A stretch of DNA of 64,000 bases from the sequence record NC_048048.2, one strand, 5' to 3'. A program made the translations under genes and the position numbers. The first letter of the stretch is position 1. Each line of letters opens with the position of its first letter. Positions 8,909 to 18,263 of the stretch are shown here, one piece after another. The notes below the pieces were generated by a model that saw only the letters and a list, made by a program, of their open reading frames with translations, was not told the DNA's origin and did not search any database.

Positions 8909-9482
8909 CGACGCCATTCGCTGGAAGGTCAAGGCACCGCGCCTGCTGCCGCTGATCCCTCGGCCCTGGCTTCAGGAGGCGGCTGAAACGGTTCGCGCCG
9001 AATGGTCGGGGCTGCGTCGAGGTCATCATGAGCCGTCGATCACCTCCTATCAGCCGTTCGTCCGCGATGTGCCGGCGCATCAGAAGCTCAATCCTGGGCT
9101 CTCGTTCATCTATACCAACGGCGTGGCCCAGTACCACACCGACGGCAACTACCCGCGCTTCTTCTACCTGCTGATCCTTCACTCGCGGTCCTACTGCGTG
9201 GACGGCGGTGCGTGGCCCGAGCCCTTCGCCGCCGATCGCCCAGGCGATTTGATCTGCCTGGACAGCCACCTTGAGCACGGCCTGCGCGCCAAGTGGCTCG
9301 ACGGGCCAGAAGACCTCGATCCTGAGGAGATGAACGTCAACCGCTGCCTGCCGAATTTTTGGCTGGCCTTGTCGATGGACTCCTGGGCGCTCTTGACACC
9401 GGAGCAGACGATCATGGCCTATAGCCGCGCTTTGGAGCACAACAACAAGAACATGCCGGCGCAAGCCCTGGAGATCGCATGA
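8895..9482 (+). CDS. 2OG-Fe(II) oxygenase/cupin-fold protein
   Basis: HTD...GDLICLDSHLEHG = HxD...H facial triad; GGGAGG RBS before GTG 8895. Confidence 0.6.
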   Translation: MHLPDDAIRWKVKAPRLLPLIPRPWLQEAAETVRAEWSGLRRGHHEPSITSYQPFVRDVPAHQKLNPGLSFIYTNGVAQYHTDGNYPRFFYLLILHSRSYCVDGGAWPEPFAADRPGDLICLDSHLEHGLRAKWLDGPEDLDPEEMNVNRCLPNFWLALSMDSWALLTPEQTIMAYSRALEHNNKNMPAQALEIA

Positions 9483-9976
9483 AGACCCACTTCCATCGTA
9501 TCCAGCCGTCCACGGTCCAGGACGCCATCGAGCTTCTGCACTCGTGGATGGACGAGAACGACAAGCTGGAGTTCATCATGGAGGGCCAGTCGGGCCGTCT
9601 GCATCATGGTTTCATGCGCCACGTGCGCAACGAATGGAACCTGTGGGACACCTCCACGCCGATCGTCCGCAACACCAAGGCCGTCTACGGCGTCGACCAC
9701 GCCGACGACATCTCGGGCCTCATCGAAGGCGGTCTGCTCGCCAAGCTGAACGGCGATGAGTTCAATTTCGACGCCGAGGCGCGGCGCTACAAGGACCACT
9801 GGGCGCGCGAGGCCGCCAGCAAGGTCAAGGCTGTGCCGATCGAGCCCTATGCCTTCGCCAACAACACCGGACGGGCCGACCACCTCGTGCCCAACCCGAC
9901 TGCTCGTCCAGGCACATTGGAAGCGCCGCGTAAGCGGGGAATCCTTGACCGCCTGTTTTCCCACTTCAGCCAATAG
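9479..9976 (+). CDS. hypothetical protein (DUF6794-like)
   Basis: HHGFMRHVRNEWNLW...YGVDHADDISGLI motif recalled from memory. Confidence 0.55.
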   Translation: MKTHFHRIQPSTVQDAIELLHSWMDENDKLEFIMEGQSGRLHHGFMRHVRNEWNLWDTSTPIVRNTKAVYGVDHADDISGLIEGGLLAKLNGDEFNFDAEARRYKDHWAREAASKVKAVPIEPYAFANNTGRADHLVPNPTARPGTLEAPRKRGILDRLFSHFSQ

Positions 9977-9986
9977 GAGGCCTGAC

Positions 9987-10487
9987 ATGGCCAAGACCGA
10001 CCCCAACCTGCCGTTCCTGTTCCACACCACCTACGGCGAGGGCGCCCGCCGCCATGGCACCGTGATCGAGGCCGACAGCATCGAGCATGCCCGCGCCCTG
10101 GCCGTGCAGCGCGGCCTCAACGAGACCATCGAGAGCCTGGGCTGGCAAGGCGGCGATCCGGGCCTGGGCCACTTCGGCGCCTACCTGCTGAACGAGCAGT
10201 ACGTCGACGCCCTGCACGAAGCCACCTTCCTGGGCTTCATCGCCATGCAGTCGGGCGTGGCCACCGCCCGCGAGGTCCTGGGCGATCGCGGCCTGCTTCA
10301 CGAGATCGTCCATCTCATGCAGATGGGCAACGATCTCGACGACGAACATCCCGATAGCCGCCTGATCCGCATCCGCGAGCGGGCCAAGGACATCGCCATG
10401 CGCGTCCCCGGCTGGCCCAACGCCCACATCAACCACTTCTATCGCAACGCCGGCTTCGTGCCGAAGAAAGAAGTGGTCGAGGCCTGA
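9987..10487 (+). CDS. HExxH-motif family protein, paralog 2
   Basis: AGGAGG RBS; VLGDRGLLHEIVHL...RVPGW. Confidence 0.75.
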   Translation: MAKTDPNLPFLFHTTYGEGARRHGTVIEADSIEHARALAVQRGLNETIESLGWQGGDPGLGHFGAYLLNEQYVDALHEATFLGFIAMQSGVATAREVLGDRGLLHEIVHLMQMGNDLDDEHPDSRLIRIRERAKDIAMRVPGWPNAHINHFYRNAGFVPKKEVVEA

Positions 10488-10678
10488 TGACCGAGGTGCG
10501 CCAGGAGGCTTTCGTCCACGCCTCCACCGACCAACGCTGCGTCCGCCTGGACAATGTCCATGGCGGATGGGCGGCGCGCAACGCCGGCGGGGTGGAGAAG
10601 CAATTCCCCACCTACGAGGCGGCGTGCCGCTATGCGGGCCTGACACCCCGTGTCCAGGTTCCGACCCATGATCAGTGA
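10487..10678 (+). CDS. small hypothetical protein
   Basis: ORF track 63 aa, TGATG coupling. Confidence 0.6.
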   Translation: MTEVRQEAFVHASTDQRCVRLDNVHGGWAARNAGGVEKQFPTYEAACRYAGLTPRVQVPTHDQ

Positions 10679-10925
10679 CGACCTCGATCTCGTCGACCCA
10701 GAAGTCGAGGCCCTGGCTCGTGCCATCACTGATGAGGACTATCGCTACGGCGGCCACGTGGTCCTGCTTTATGAGCCTGACCTAGATAAGGTCGAGGCCC
10801 ATGTGGCGGCCAAGGTCGAGTCGCGCTGGCCCGAGCGCATTGAGCAGGCGCAGTCTCTGCTTGCGACCTTGCGGCGATACAACTTCACGGTCACACGCCT
10901 TCAGGGCAGTCTCGGCCTGGAGTGA
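10668..10925 (+). CDS. hypothetical protein
   Basis: Start MISDDL. Confidence 0.6.
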   Translation: MISDDLDLVDPEVEALARAITDEDYRYGGHVVLLYEPDLDKVEAHVAAKVESRWPERIEQAQSLLATLRRYNFTVTRLQGSLGLE

Positions 10926-10989
10926 AAGGCGCGACCGGAGAGCGGCGGCGAAGCCGGCGTGAAACGGGATGCGATCGTGCTCTAATTCG

Positions 10990-11015
10990 TTGACACCGTG
11001 ACGCGACTCGTGGCA
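10990..11015 (+). promoter_or_regulatory. TTGACA promoter with class B operator (10999-11015)
   Basis: TTGACACCG-TGACGCGACTCGTGGCA, intergenic. Confidence 0.65.
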
Positions 11016-11025
11016 CGAACAGTGC

Positions 11026-11940
11026 ATGCAGCAGATCACCGACAGCGCGCCGCATCTTCGTCCCTATGGCTGGGCGCCGGGTGATTACCTGTCTACCTGC
11101 CTTGCCTGTCAGCAGACGTTCATCGGCGACAAGCGCGCCATCTCCTGCCATCCGTGCGCCCTCAGGCGCTTTGAGAAAGCACATCCCGAGACCATGACCG
11201 ACGATCGCAGGCGCGTGCGCCAATCCTTCGCCGTCTATTTGGATCAGGACGGCGTGGTGTTCGATTTCGACGAAGGCCTGCGCCGCCTCGGCTTCCAACC
11301 CGATCCCGAGTATAACAAGTCGTCACACGCGATGAACGACGAAGCCAACCTCTGGAAGCAGGGCATGTACGAGGTGATCAAGGGCACCGACTTCTTCGCC
11401 CGTCTGCCGCTCATGGAGGGGGCTGTCGACCTCTATGCGGCTGTCGAGGACGCCGACCCGATCTTCCTGACGGCCTCGCCGAAGTTCGGCTCGACCGAGG
11501 ACGATTTCCTGACCCACCCCTTCTTCCTGGGCGCGGCCTATCACAAACGCCGTGCGGTCGAGGAAGTGCTGCTGCCGCAAGTCGCGCGACTGCGTATCCA
11601 CCAGTTGACGGGCAAGGAACCGCAAGCGGCTGTACCGCGTGTTCGGATCGAAGACGATCGGTTTATCTGCACGACCTCCGCTCGCAAGCAGGAGTATATG
11701 CACCGCAAGCACTCGCCCTACCAAGTGCTGATCGATGACCGCATCGCCAATTGCGAGGCCTGGGCCGCGTCGGGCGGGATCGCCATCCTTCACACCTCGG
11801 CCCGTAGCTCGATCACGATCTTCGAGCGTCTAGTCGACAAGGTCCTCGCGGGCGAGACCCTGGAGGCGGGCGTGCTGCGCACCGATTTCCCGCAGAGCAA
11901 GCAGCCGAAGGTTAATCTCGCGGAGGTCCTGGGTCGGTGA
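11026..11940 (+). CDS. HAD-family 5'(3')-deoxyribonucleotidase-like protein with N-terminal Zn-finger
   Basis: YLDQDGVVFDF (DxDGV) and LIDDRIAN motifs; CLAC...CHPC N-terminus. Confidence 0.8.
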   Translation: MQQITDSAPHLRPYGWAPGDYLSTCLACQQTFIGDKRAISCHPCALRRFEKAHPETMTDDRRRVRQSFAVYLDQDGVVFDFDEGLRRLGFQPDPEYNKSSHAMNDEANLWKQGMYEVIKGTDFFARLPLMEGAVDLYAAVEDADPIFLTASPKFGSTEDDFLTHPFFLGAAYHKRRAVEEVLLPQVARLRIHQLTGKEPQAAVPRVRIEDDRFICTTSARKQEYMHRKHSPYQVLIDDRIANCEAWAASGGIAILHTSARSSITIFERLVDKVLAGETLEAGVLRTDFPQSKQPKVNLAEVLGR

Positions 11941-12221
11941 AGGAAGCGCTCCTGGCCATCTACGCTGTCGTGGCGGCGACGGCCATGGGCGTCGCGCCGC
12001 TGATTCCGCTGATGTGCATGGTGGTGGTCGCCGTGGAGAACCCCAAGCCGGAGGTGGAGAGAAAGGCCTGGAGCCAAGCCGTCAGGTTCGGCCTCGCCTG
12101 TTTCTTCGCCGGCTTCTTTATGCTGCTGGTGGCCTACGGCCTGGGGTGGATGGCGCCGACCTATCGGGGCATGCCGCTCTGGGAACAGAAAAACTACATA
12201 GCCGAGCACACTCGGCGATAG
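11937..12221 (+). CDS. membrane protein
   Basis: 94 aa, two hydrophobic segments. Confidence 0.65.
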   Translation: MKEALLAIYAVVAATAMGVAPLIPLMCMVVVAVENPKPEVERKAWSQAVRFGLACFFAGFFMLLVAYGLGWMAPTYRGMPLWEQKNYIAEHTRR

Positions 12222-12230
12222 GAGGAAGCG

Positions 12231-12482
12231 ATGGCTGTTCAACTGGACCTCGTCTGGCTCGTGGCCTGGGCCGTTTTTGCCGGCACTGGCCTGACCCTCG
12301 CGCTCCTGGCTGAAAACCCGTACGTTCGCCTTTGGGGAGGCCTCGCGGGCGGGGCGGCGATCGCGCTGTTCTTCTGGAAGCTGTTCCTGACCGCCCTTTT
12401 GGTCTTCTACGTCTTCGGCGCCGTTCTGTGGGGCCTGGGCGCCCTGCACAATTTTTCGGTCGCGAAAGGATGGCTTCGCTGA
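12231..12482 (+). CDS. membrane protein
   Basis: 83 aa, mostly hydrophobic; AGGAGG RBS. Confidence 0.7.
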   Translation: MAVQLDLVWLVAWAVFAGTGLTLALLAENPYVRLWGGLAGGAAIALFFWKLFLTALLVFYVFGAVLWGLGALHNFSVAKGWLR

Positions 12483-12814
12483 TGTCCCGCATCGTTCACT
12501 GGTACGCCATCAAGCCCTGGACCGGACCAGACGCCGACTACCAGATCGCCGAGGACCTCGCCGCCGGCACCAAGGTGCTGACCGCCTGCATGCGTGACGG
12601 CAAGCCGACGCTCTATGTCGAGAAGGTCACCGGCAAGGGCCGGCCGCTGGAGATGTTCAAGAACCGCGTTGACGCCTTCTACGTCATGACCGGCGAGGAG
12701 TTCGAGGAGGTCCTGGCGCCGGGCGATCCGTTCCGCTACGTCGCCACCCTCCAGATCGACAGACCCTCAGGACTCTATTTCTATCATGTCTACGCACGGG
12801 TCCTGGGTCTGTGA
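12482..12814 (+). CDS. conserved phage hypothetical protein
   Basis: TGATG start MSRIVHWY; TGEEF...YVATLQ...YHVY pattern. Confidence 0.7.
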   Translation: MSRIVHWYAIKPWTGPDADYQIAEDLAAGTKVLTACMRDGKPTLYVEKVTGKGRPLEMFKNRVDAFYVMTGEEFEEVLAPGDPFRYVATLQIDRPSGLYFYHVYARVLGL

Positions 12815-13079
12815 GGTTCTAAATCGCCGAGACTTCGGCGGTAAAGTTCCTCGTGGCGCTAAGTCTATCGACAGAAACACGCCATACGGGAACCCTTTCC
12901 ATATCTCGCGTAAGATGACGCGAACACAGGCGATAGCAGCTTTCAGTGTCTGGCTTCCGACACAACCTGCATTGATCGCTCGCGCCCGTCGCGAACTCTA
13001 TGGCTACAATCTCGCCTGCTGGTGCGATCCCTTGCCTTGTCATGGGCATGTCTGGAGGAAAATCCTCATTTCCCCGTGA
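12786..13079 (+). CDS. DUF4326 family protein
   Basis: IDRNTPYGNPF...LYGYNLACWCDPLPCHGHV; start uncertain; visibly AT-richer. Confidence 0.8.
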   Translation: MSTHGSWVCEVLNRRDFGGKVPRGAKSIDRNTPYGNPFHISRKMTRTQAIAAFSVWLPTQPALIARARRELYGYNLACWCDPLPCHGHVWRKILISP

Positions 13080-13093
13080 CGCCATCCTTGACA
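13077..13093. promoter_or_regulatory. class B operator (degenerate)
   Basis: TGACGCCATCCTTGACA upstream of HD-domain gene. Confidence 0.45.
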
Positions 13094-13123
13094 GGGATCA
13101 TGAAAACAAGGACACATTGTCAC

Positions 13124-13924
13124 ATGCTCTCGACCCCTGCGATCAAAGAGGCCTTCGAATTCGCCTGTCAGGCGCATGCGGGGCAGATGTACGGCGACCA
13201 GACCTACGACGTCCATTTCCTGTCCGTCGCCCAGACCCTGGTCGATCACGGCTACGACACCGATGACTGGATCATCATGGGCCTGACCCATGACGTGATC
13301 GAGGACACCTCGGTCACCAAGGGTCAATTGGCCGACCGATATGGCGACAATGTGGCCGAAGGTGTCTGGACGGTCTCGGGGTTTGGCGCGACGCGCGCGA
13401 TTCGCAATGGCTGCATCGCCCTGAAGCTCCTGCGCCGGCCGCAGTACGCGCCGCTGAAGTGCGCAGACCGCATCAGGAACGTTCGCTCCTCCGCCGAGAA
13501 CAAGTCGATCCGTCACGCCGAACTCTACTTGAGCGAGGCCGGCGAGTTCGATCCCCTGGTCAAGGGTCACGTCCTGGGCTCGATGTTCCGCGACTTGCAG
13601 GACGCCTACCTCGAAGCCGAACTCATGCTCCAGGCCGAGGGCGTCTCGCGCAAGGATTCGCCGGTGTCGAAGGTCTATTCGGATGCGGCGTTCGACGACA
13701 ACGCCATCGACGCCTTCGCTGAGTCGCTGAAGGCCAAGATGGCCCTGTCTCGCGCCAAGGGTCGCGGCGGCTGGAACCGCCCCGAAGAGGTGTCCCAGGC
13801 CGCCTTGGTCGAGGCGCTGCACCACCACGTCGCCAAGGGCGATCCCCGCGATGTGGCCCTCTTCGCCATGATGCTCAACTACCACGGCTGGTCGACGGCC
13901 CTGACGCTTCCCGAGGCCGCATGA
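13124..13924 (+). CDS. HD-domain RelA/SpoT-type (p)ppGpp hydrolase-like protein fused to a C-terminal alpha-helical phage domain
   Basis: FACQAHAGQ, Y..H, LTHDVIEDT, KCADRIRN; C-terminus KGRGGW...HVAKGDPRDVALFAMML. Confidence 0.8.
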   Translation: MLSTPAIKEAFEFACQAHAGQMYGDQTYDVHFLSVAQTLVDHGYDTDDWIIMGLTHDVIEDTSVTKGQLADRYGDNVAEGVWTVSGFGATRAIRNGCIALKLLRRPQYAPLKCADRIRNVRSSAENKSIRHAELYLSEAGEFDPLVKGHVLGSMFRDLQDAYLEAELMLQAEGVSRKDSPVSKVYSDAAFDDNAIDAFAESLKAKMALSRAKGRGGWNRPEEVSQAALVEALHHHVAKGDPRDVALFAMMLNYHGWSTALTLPEAA

Positions 13925-14355
13925 CCTATACGATCAAGCAGGCGCTGATCGCGCTCGAACACCTGACTCCGTCGTTGCCGCGCGAGACAGAGGACGGCGA
14001 ATTCGAGACCAAGCCGCAGGCCGACAAGTCCTGGGGCACCATCTCGCTGGCGCGTCGGCTCCAGACCTCCAAGGAGGCGGCCAAGATCATCGAGGATGAT
14101 CTGGTTGAGGATGGGCTGATGATCAGGACGCCGGGCTACCAAGGCAACCCGCGCTTCAACCTGACCGATGCCGGCCACGCCTATCTGGTGCTGGGCCGCA
14201 AGGGCGGGCTGACAGCCGAACAGATCGTCAAGCGCATCCCCAGGGGACCATGCGCGGCCGATCCGATCTCAATGCGCGGGACCCTCCTGAAGATGGAGTT
14301 CCTGGGCATCGTGTCGTCGGCGGACGGCGGCCAGACCTATTCGTTGGTGTCGTAA
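13921..14355 (+). CDS. hypothetical protein, possible winged-helix
   Basis: ORF track 144 aa, ATGA coupling. Confidence 0.65.
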   Translation: MTYTIKQALIALEHLTPSLPRETEDGEFETKPQADKSWGTISLARRLQTSKEAAKIIEDDLVEDGLMIRTPGYQGNPRFNLTDAGHAYLVLGRKGGLTAEQIVKRIPRGPCAADPISMRGTLLKMEFLGIVSSADGGQTYSLVS

Positions 14356-15143
14356 TGCTGCACGCACGCGACCAGGAGGTCCTGGAGTTCGTCCGCCTGG
14401 GCATCGAAGGCGCCGATTTCATGCGCGGCGATGTGCGCGAGCGCATGTGGAACGCCTATTTCTCGATGGTCGCTACGGCGACCATGGGACAACTCCAAGA
14501 GTTTCGTAAGCGTGGCGTGATGGGTTTTAGTCTACTGGAGTTGACCACAGAAGAAACTCGGAAGATTATTCAGGCGGAGATCGCTTGGATGCTGCCGGGG
14601 ATGGTCACACGTTTCCCGGAACAAATCAGCAGAAGCTTTGGCGGACTGCATGTCAATGCTGGCCTTAGACGCGCCTATGACTTCCATCACACCAAACAGC
14701 ACTTCGAGGACGAGAACCCGACCGCCGAGATCGTCGGACGGAGCGTCGATCGGGACTGGTGGCTCGTGCGGAAGAAGGACCCGATTGGGGTTCTGGAAGA
14801 GGTTCGGGCCTTGGGCGCGCGCAACGCGGTCATGTTCAGCGACCGCCCGCAGGCCTCCAAGGAAGACTTCCTGGACAGCGACGTGGTCGATGCGCCGGCG
14901 CTGTTGCCGGGCGAATACCACATCCTGCTCGACGCCCGCGCCAAGTTCTTCAAGAGGATGCGCCTGGGTTTGATGGGCTCGCGCAAGGAAATCGCCGAGC
15001 CCTTGGTCGGCCTGGGACTGATCAAGTTGGATCGGCCTCAAGACCGTTCACGCTCCGTTCATGCGCTGGAGGTCAGGCTGACGGACCTGGGTTTGCGGTT
15101 CTGCGGCATCAGCGACAAGCAGCGCAGGGCTTTCGAAAGATGA
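14355..15143 (+). CDS. hypothetical protein
   Basis: TAATG start MLHARD. Confidence 0.7.
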   Translation: MLHARDQEVLEFVRLGIEGADFMRGDVRERMWNAYFSMVATATMGQLQEFRKRGVMGFSLLELTTEETRKIIQAEIAWMLPGMVTRFPEQISRSFGGLHVNAGLRRAYDFHHTKQHFEDENPTAEIVGRSVDRDWWLVRKKDPIGVLEEVRALGARNAVMFSDRPQASKEDFLDSDVVDAPALLPGEYHILLDARAKFFKRMRLGLMGSRKEIAEPLVGLGLIKLDRPQDRSRSVHALEVRLTDLGLRFCGISDKQRRAFER

Positions 15144-15409
15144 GCGCCTTCACGCCATCCGAGAAGCAGCGCGGCATGCTGCACAATGCCCTCGGCCTGT
15201 TGTGGGCCAAGGAGCCCTACCGGCGACACTACGTGGTCGGCAAGGGTTCTCCGGCCTATCACGACTGGCAGGAACTGTGCCGGCATGGCTACGGCGAGCA
15301 AGCCACCGACCCCGTGACGGGGGAACTCTATGACGCCGGACCTCAGGTCTGGTTCTATGTAACCGAGAAGGGCGCCGCCCTCTTCGGCAAGTCGCTTCCG
15401 CGCGACTAG
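15140..15409 (+). CDS. hypothetical protein
   Basis: ATGA-coupled start MSAFTP. Confidence 0.7.
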   Translation: MSAFTPSEKQRGMLHNALGLLWAKEPYRRHYVVGKGSPAYHDWQELCRHGYGEQATDPVTGELYDAGPQVWFYVTEKGAALFGKSLPRD

Positions 15410-15431
15410 GCTTAAAGTGTGGGTGGTGTAG

Positions 15432-15827
15432 ATGGACTTCAAGGTTGAAAATACGCTGTGGCCTGGGCGTCGCAGGGTCTGGGTCGAGTTCTTGTTTGGA
15501 GGTCCGTTCAGCACGGCCTTCATCAACGAAAAGCAGACCCACCGCGATGCGGCCATCGAGTTCAAGACGATGACCGTCGAGAAGCTTTGCCATCCATGTG
15601 GCGATGGGTCAAAGTGGACCTTGTCCGACGCCGGCCGGGTTCTTCGCGTCCTCTACATGCTGAGCGACAAGGAAGCCGGTCCCTGGACCTTGACCCAGGT
15701 GCGCCAGTTCGCCGACATGAAGCGCCTGACCGCCGACGAGGTGTTGCACGGGCTCGAAATTCTCGTCGAGGACAAGATCGTCCTCCTTCAACCCTCTTCC
15801 CGAACCCTCAAATGGGACCTGAAATGA
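15432..15827 (+). CDS. hypothetical protein
   Basis: ORF track 131 aa. Confidence 0.65.
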   Translation: MDFKVENTLWPGRRRVWVEFLFGGPFSTAFINEKQTHRDAAIEFKTMTVEKLCHPCGDGSKWTLSDAGRVLRVLYMLSDKEAGPWTLTQVRQFADMKRLTADEVLHGLEILVEDKIVLLQPSSRTLKWDLK

Positions 15828-16060
15828 CCAAGACCTACTTCACCCGAGACGGGCAAGTCTACAAGCTGCAACTCGGGGAAGAAATCCCGATGCCGCTCGG
15901 CGGCGCCAAGCTGCGGCACACCCAGCACCTGACCGACGCCGGCTTCAACAAGGCCGCCTACCCCGAGGTCGCCGAAAAGGAACTGGCCCAGGCCGCCGAA
16001 CTGGCCGAGGCCATCCGTGAGGTCGATCCGACCTTCACCGGTGAAGCGGGCTTCTGCTAG
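15824..16060 (+). CDS. hypothetical protein
   Basis: ATGA-coupled start MTKTYF. Confidence 0.65.
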   Translation: MTKTYFTRDGQVYKLQLGEEIPMPLGGAKLRHTQHLTDAGFNKAAYPEVAEKELAQAAELAEAIREVDPTFTGEAGFC

Positions 16061-16096
16061 AAATCTGTTGACAGGCCTCCTCGCCATCACGTAAGA
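16059..16096 (+). promoter_or_regulatory. class A promoter (AGAAATCTGTTGACA-N17-GTAAGA) within stem-loop
   Basis: Repeated motif. Confidence 0.8.
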
Positions 16097-16124
16097 GAGC
16101 GTGACACCAACGAGGAGGCCCGTC

Positions 16125-16430
16125 TTGAACGAACGCTACGAAGTCCGGTTCATCACGCCCGAGGGCGTACCGAACCCCAAGGGCGCCTACACCTATAGCG
16201 ACGCCCTGTTCGTCCGGGACTCGGCGGCCAAGATGGACCCGCCCTACGCCCTGGCCAATCCCGACATCGTGCGCTTCACCGAGACGGTGATTCCCGCCTC
16301 CGCCTATCCGCGCCTGCTGGAGCCGCTGACCGGCCTGGAGATCGCCGAAATCCGCACCGCTCTGCGTCGCGGCTGCGACGAGCGCACCGCGCAACGCGCC
16401 CTGGCCCAGATGGGAATCTTCGACCGATGA
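16125..16430 (+). CDS. hypothetical protein
   Basis: TTG start after GAGGAGG. Confidence 0.65.
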   Translation: MNERYEVRFITPEGVPNPKGAYTYSDALFVRDSAAKMDPPYALANPDIVRFTETVIPASAYPRLLEPLTGLEIAEIRTALRRGCDERTAQRALAQMGIFDR

Positions 16431-16882
16431 AGCTGAAGCGTCCCCTCAAGAGCGCCAGCGACCTCAAGCGCGGCGCCCGGCTCGTCACGCCGGCCCAGCG
16501 CGCCAAGCTGGACCCGCTGGAACTGGCCAATGTGGTCGCCGCCGAGCGCAAGATGAAGGCCTATGAGGACGAACGCGCCGCCGGGCTCGAAGCCGCCAAG
16601 CGATCGCCCCTGGACGCCTACCGCGCCGGCAAGGGCTACACCGGCGACAACATGCCCGACAAGGGCCAGCGCGATGGCTCGTGCAACCGCACGGCCTGCC
16701 AGCTTCCCCTGGCCGGCAACCGCCAGTTCTACATGAAGGACCACTTCACCGGCGGGCGCCTCTACTACTGCCCGGCCTGTGAACGCAAGTTCACCGAGGC
16801 CGATCGGCAGTTCCGCGAGCCGCAGCGCTGCCAGCCGGACGAGGACAACGACAACCGCCCGCGCTGGGAGACCTACGAATGA
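16427..16882 (+). CDS. hypothetical protein with CxxxxC...CxxC (Zn-binding)
   Basis: CNRTAC...YYCPAC. Confidence 0.7.
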   Translation: MKLKRPLKSASDLKRGARLVTPAQRAKLDPLELANVVAAERKMKAYEDERAAGLEAAKRSPLDAYRAGKGYTGDNMPDKGQRDGSCNRTACQLPLAGNRQFYMKDHFTGGRLYYCPACERKFTEADRQFREPQRCQPDEDNDNRPRWETYE

Positions 16883-17334
16883 ACGGGCAACAGCGCCTCG
16901 CCATCTTCCTGGCCTTCGCCGACATCCTGACCGACAGACAGTTCCCCGAAGGGCAGAGGATCAAGGATTTCTCCTTGTCCGATCTGAACGACGCGCAAGA
17001 GCACACGAAGTTCGAGGACTTCCAGCAGGTTCGTCGTGTCCTGCGCGCCATGGAAGGTGACGGCCTAGCCCGGAACACCAACGGGTTCTGGAGCCTGTCG
17101 GCCGCCGGCGCCGTCTACCGCTATCTCTGCCGTAAGGCCGAGACGGCGGTCGACCCTGCCGAGCGCATCTCCTATCGAAAGCTGACCATGCTGGAGGAGT
17201 TCGACGCCTACGCGGCCAAGAACATCAATCACGCCCCGACCGAACTGCGCGAACGCAATCTGGTCGAGGCCGACTTCCGCAACAAGACCGTCTGGCTCTC
17301 GGACGTCTTCTACCCACTCTCCCTCCTGGCCTAG
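16879..17334 (+). CDS. hypothetical protein
   Basis: ORF track 151 aa, ATGA coupling. Confidence 0.7.
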   Translation: MNGQQRLAIFLAFADILTDRQFPEGQRIKDFSLSDLNDAQEHTKFEDFQQVRRVLRAMEGDGLARNTNGFWSLSAAGAVYRYLCRKAETAVDPAERISYRKLTMLEEFDAYAAKNINHAPTELRERNLVEADFRNKTVWLSDVFYPLSLLA

Positions 17335-17342
17335 GAGCATCC

Positions 17343-18200
17343 ATGACGACGTTCGAGATCGTTGACCGCGAGAACACCCCTGGAAGCCAAGGCGGCGTCG
17401 ACTACGGCTCCACGCCCTTGACCGTCCTGGCGCGCTCGCCGGTCGCGGCCCTGCTCTGGATGCCGGGCGGAACCTATCATTCCGGGATTGGTCAACGCTC
17501 CTACGCCTCGGCCTATATGATGGTGATCAAGGGCCGCAGCCTGAGCGTCTGGGAGCGCAACAAGAAGCATGACTTCGAGCGCAAGCTGCATGAGCCGGCC
17601 AAGCGCCTATCGTCGGCGATGATCATGGAGCGGGCTGAGAAGATCAACGAGTTCTTCGAGGCCGACATCGCCGTCGAACTGGCCAAGGCCGTCAAGCAGC
17701 GCAAGACGCTGCTGGTCGATGGCGGTGGCGAGCCGTTCAAGGTGGACGCCAGGGTCGAGCGCAAGAAAAAGGAGGCCACGGCCGCCAAGATCGCGGCGGA
17801 AGCTGGCGTGGTGCGCTGGATCGAGCCGATCGACGTCGCCCACTGCCGCCAGTGCGGGACCAAGCTGGTCCCGGCCCTGGAAAAGCACTACGTCGACCCG
17901 AAGGTCTTCCAGCCGACCTCGCTGGAGGATGTTCAGCGTCAGTTCAACCACCTCCAGGTCGTTGCGACCGAGGGCTATTTCGGCAACGATCCTGAAGAGG
18001 CCCACCTGATCGGCGCCTACAAGACCTGGAACGGCCGGTCCTACATGCGTGGGCCGTACTTCTGCCACAACGATTGCGCGAAGGACTATGCGGTCCGCGC
18101 CGTCGAGACCCTTGAGGCCCTCCCGATCATCCCGCCGCTTAGCGACGAGGAACTGGAGGCCCAGGAACGCGCCGAACGGGACGCTGTCTGGGGTTTGTGA
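17343..18200 (+). CDS. hypothetical protein with CxxC...CxxxC
   Basis: ORF track 285 aa, AGGAG RBS. Confidence 0.75.
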   Translation: MTTFEIVDRENTPGSQGGVDYGSTPLTVLARSPVAALLWMPGGTYHSGIGQRSYASAYMMVIKGRSLSVWERNKKHDFERKLHEPAKRLSSAMIMERAEKINEFFEADIAVELAKAVKQRKTLLVDGGGEPFKVDARVERKKKEATAAKIAAEAGVVRWIEPIDVAHCRQCGTKLVPALEKHYVDPKVFQPTSLEDVQRQFNHLQVVATEGYFGNDPEEAHLIGAYKTWNGRSYMRGPYFCHNDCAKDYAVRAVETLEALPIIPPLSDEELEAQERAERDAVWGL

Positions 18201-18248
18201 GAAAACTGTTGACTTGACGTGGTTGCTTGCACTATGTCACGGTCAACA
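18200..18248 (+). promoter_or_regulatory. class A promoter within 42-nt stem-loop
   Basis: AGAAAACTGTTGACT-N17-CTATGT; TGTTGAC/GTCAACA arms. Confidence 0.8.
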
Positions 18249-18263
18249 TCACAGGAGACCCGC

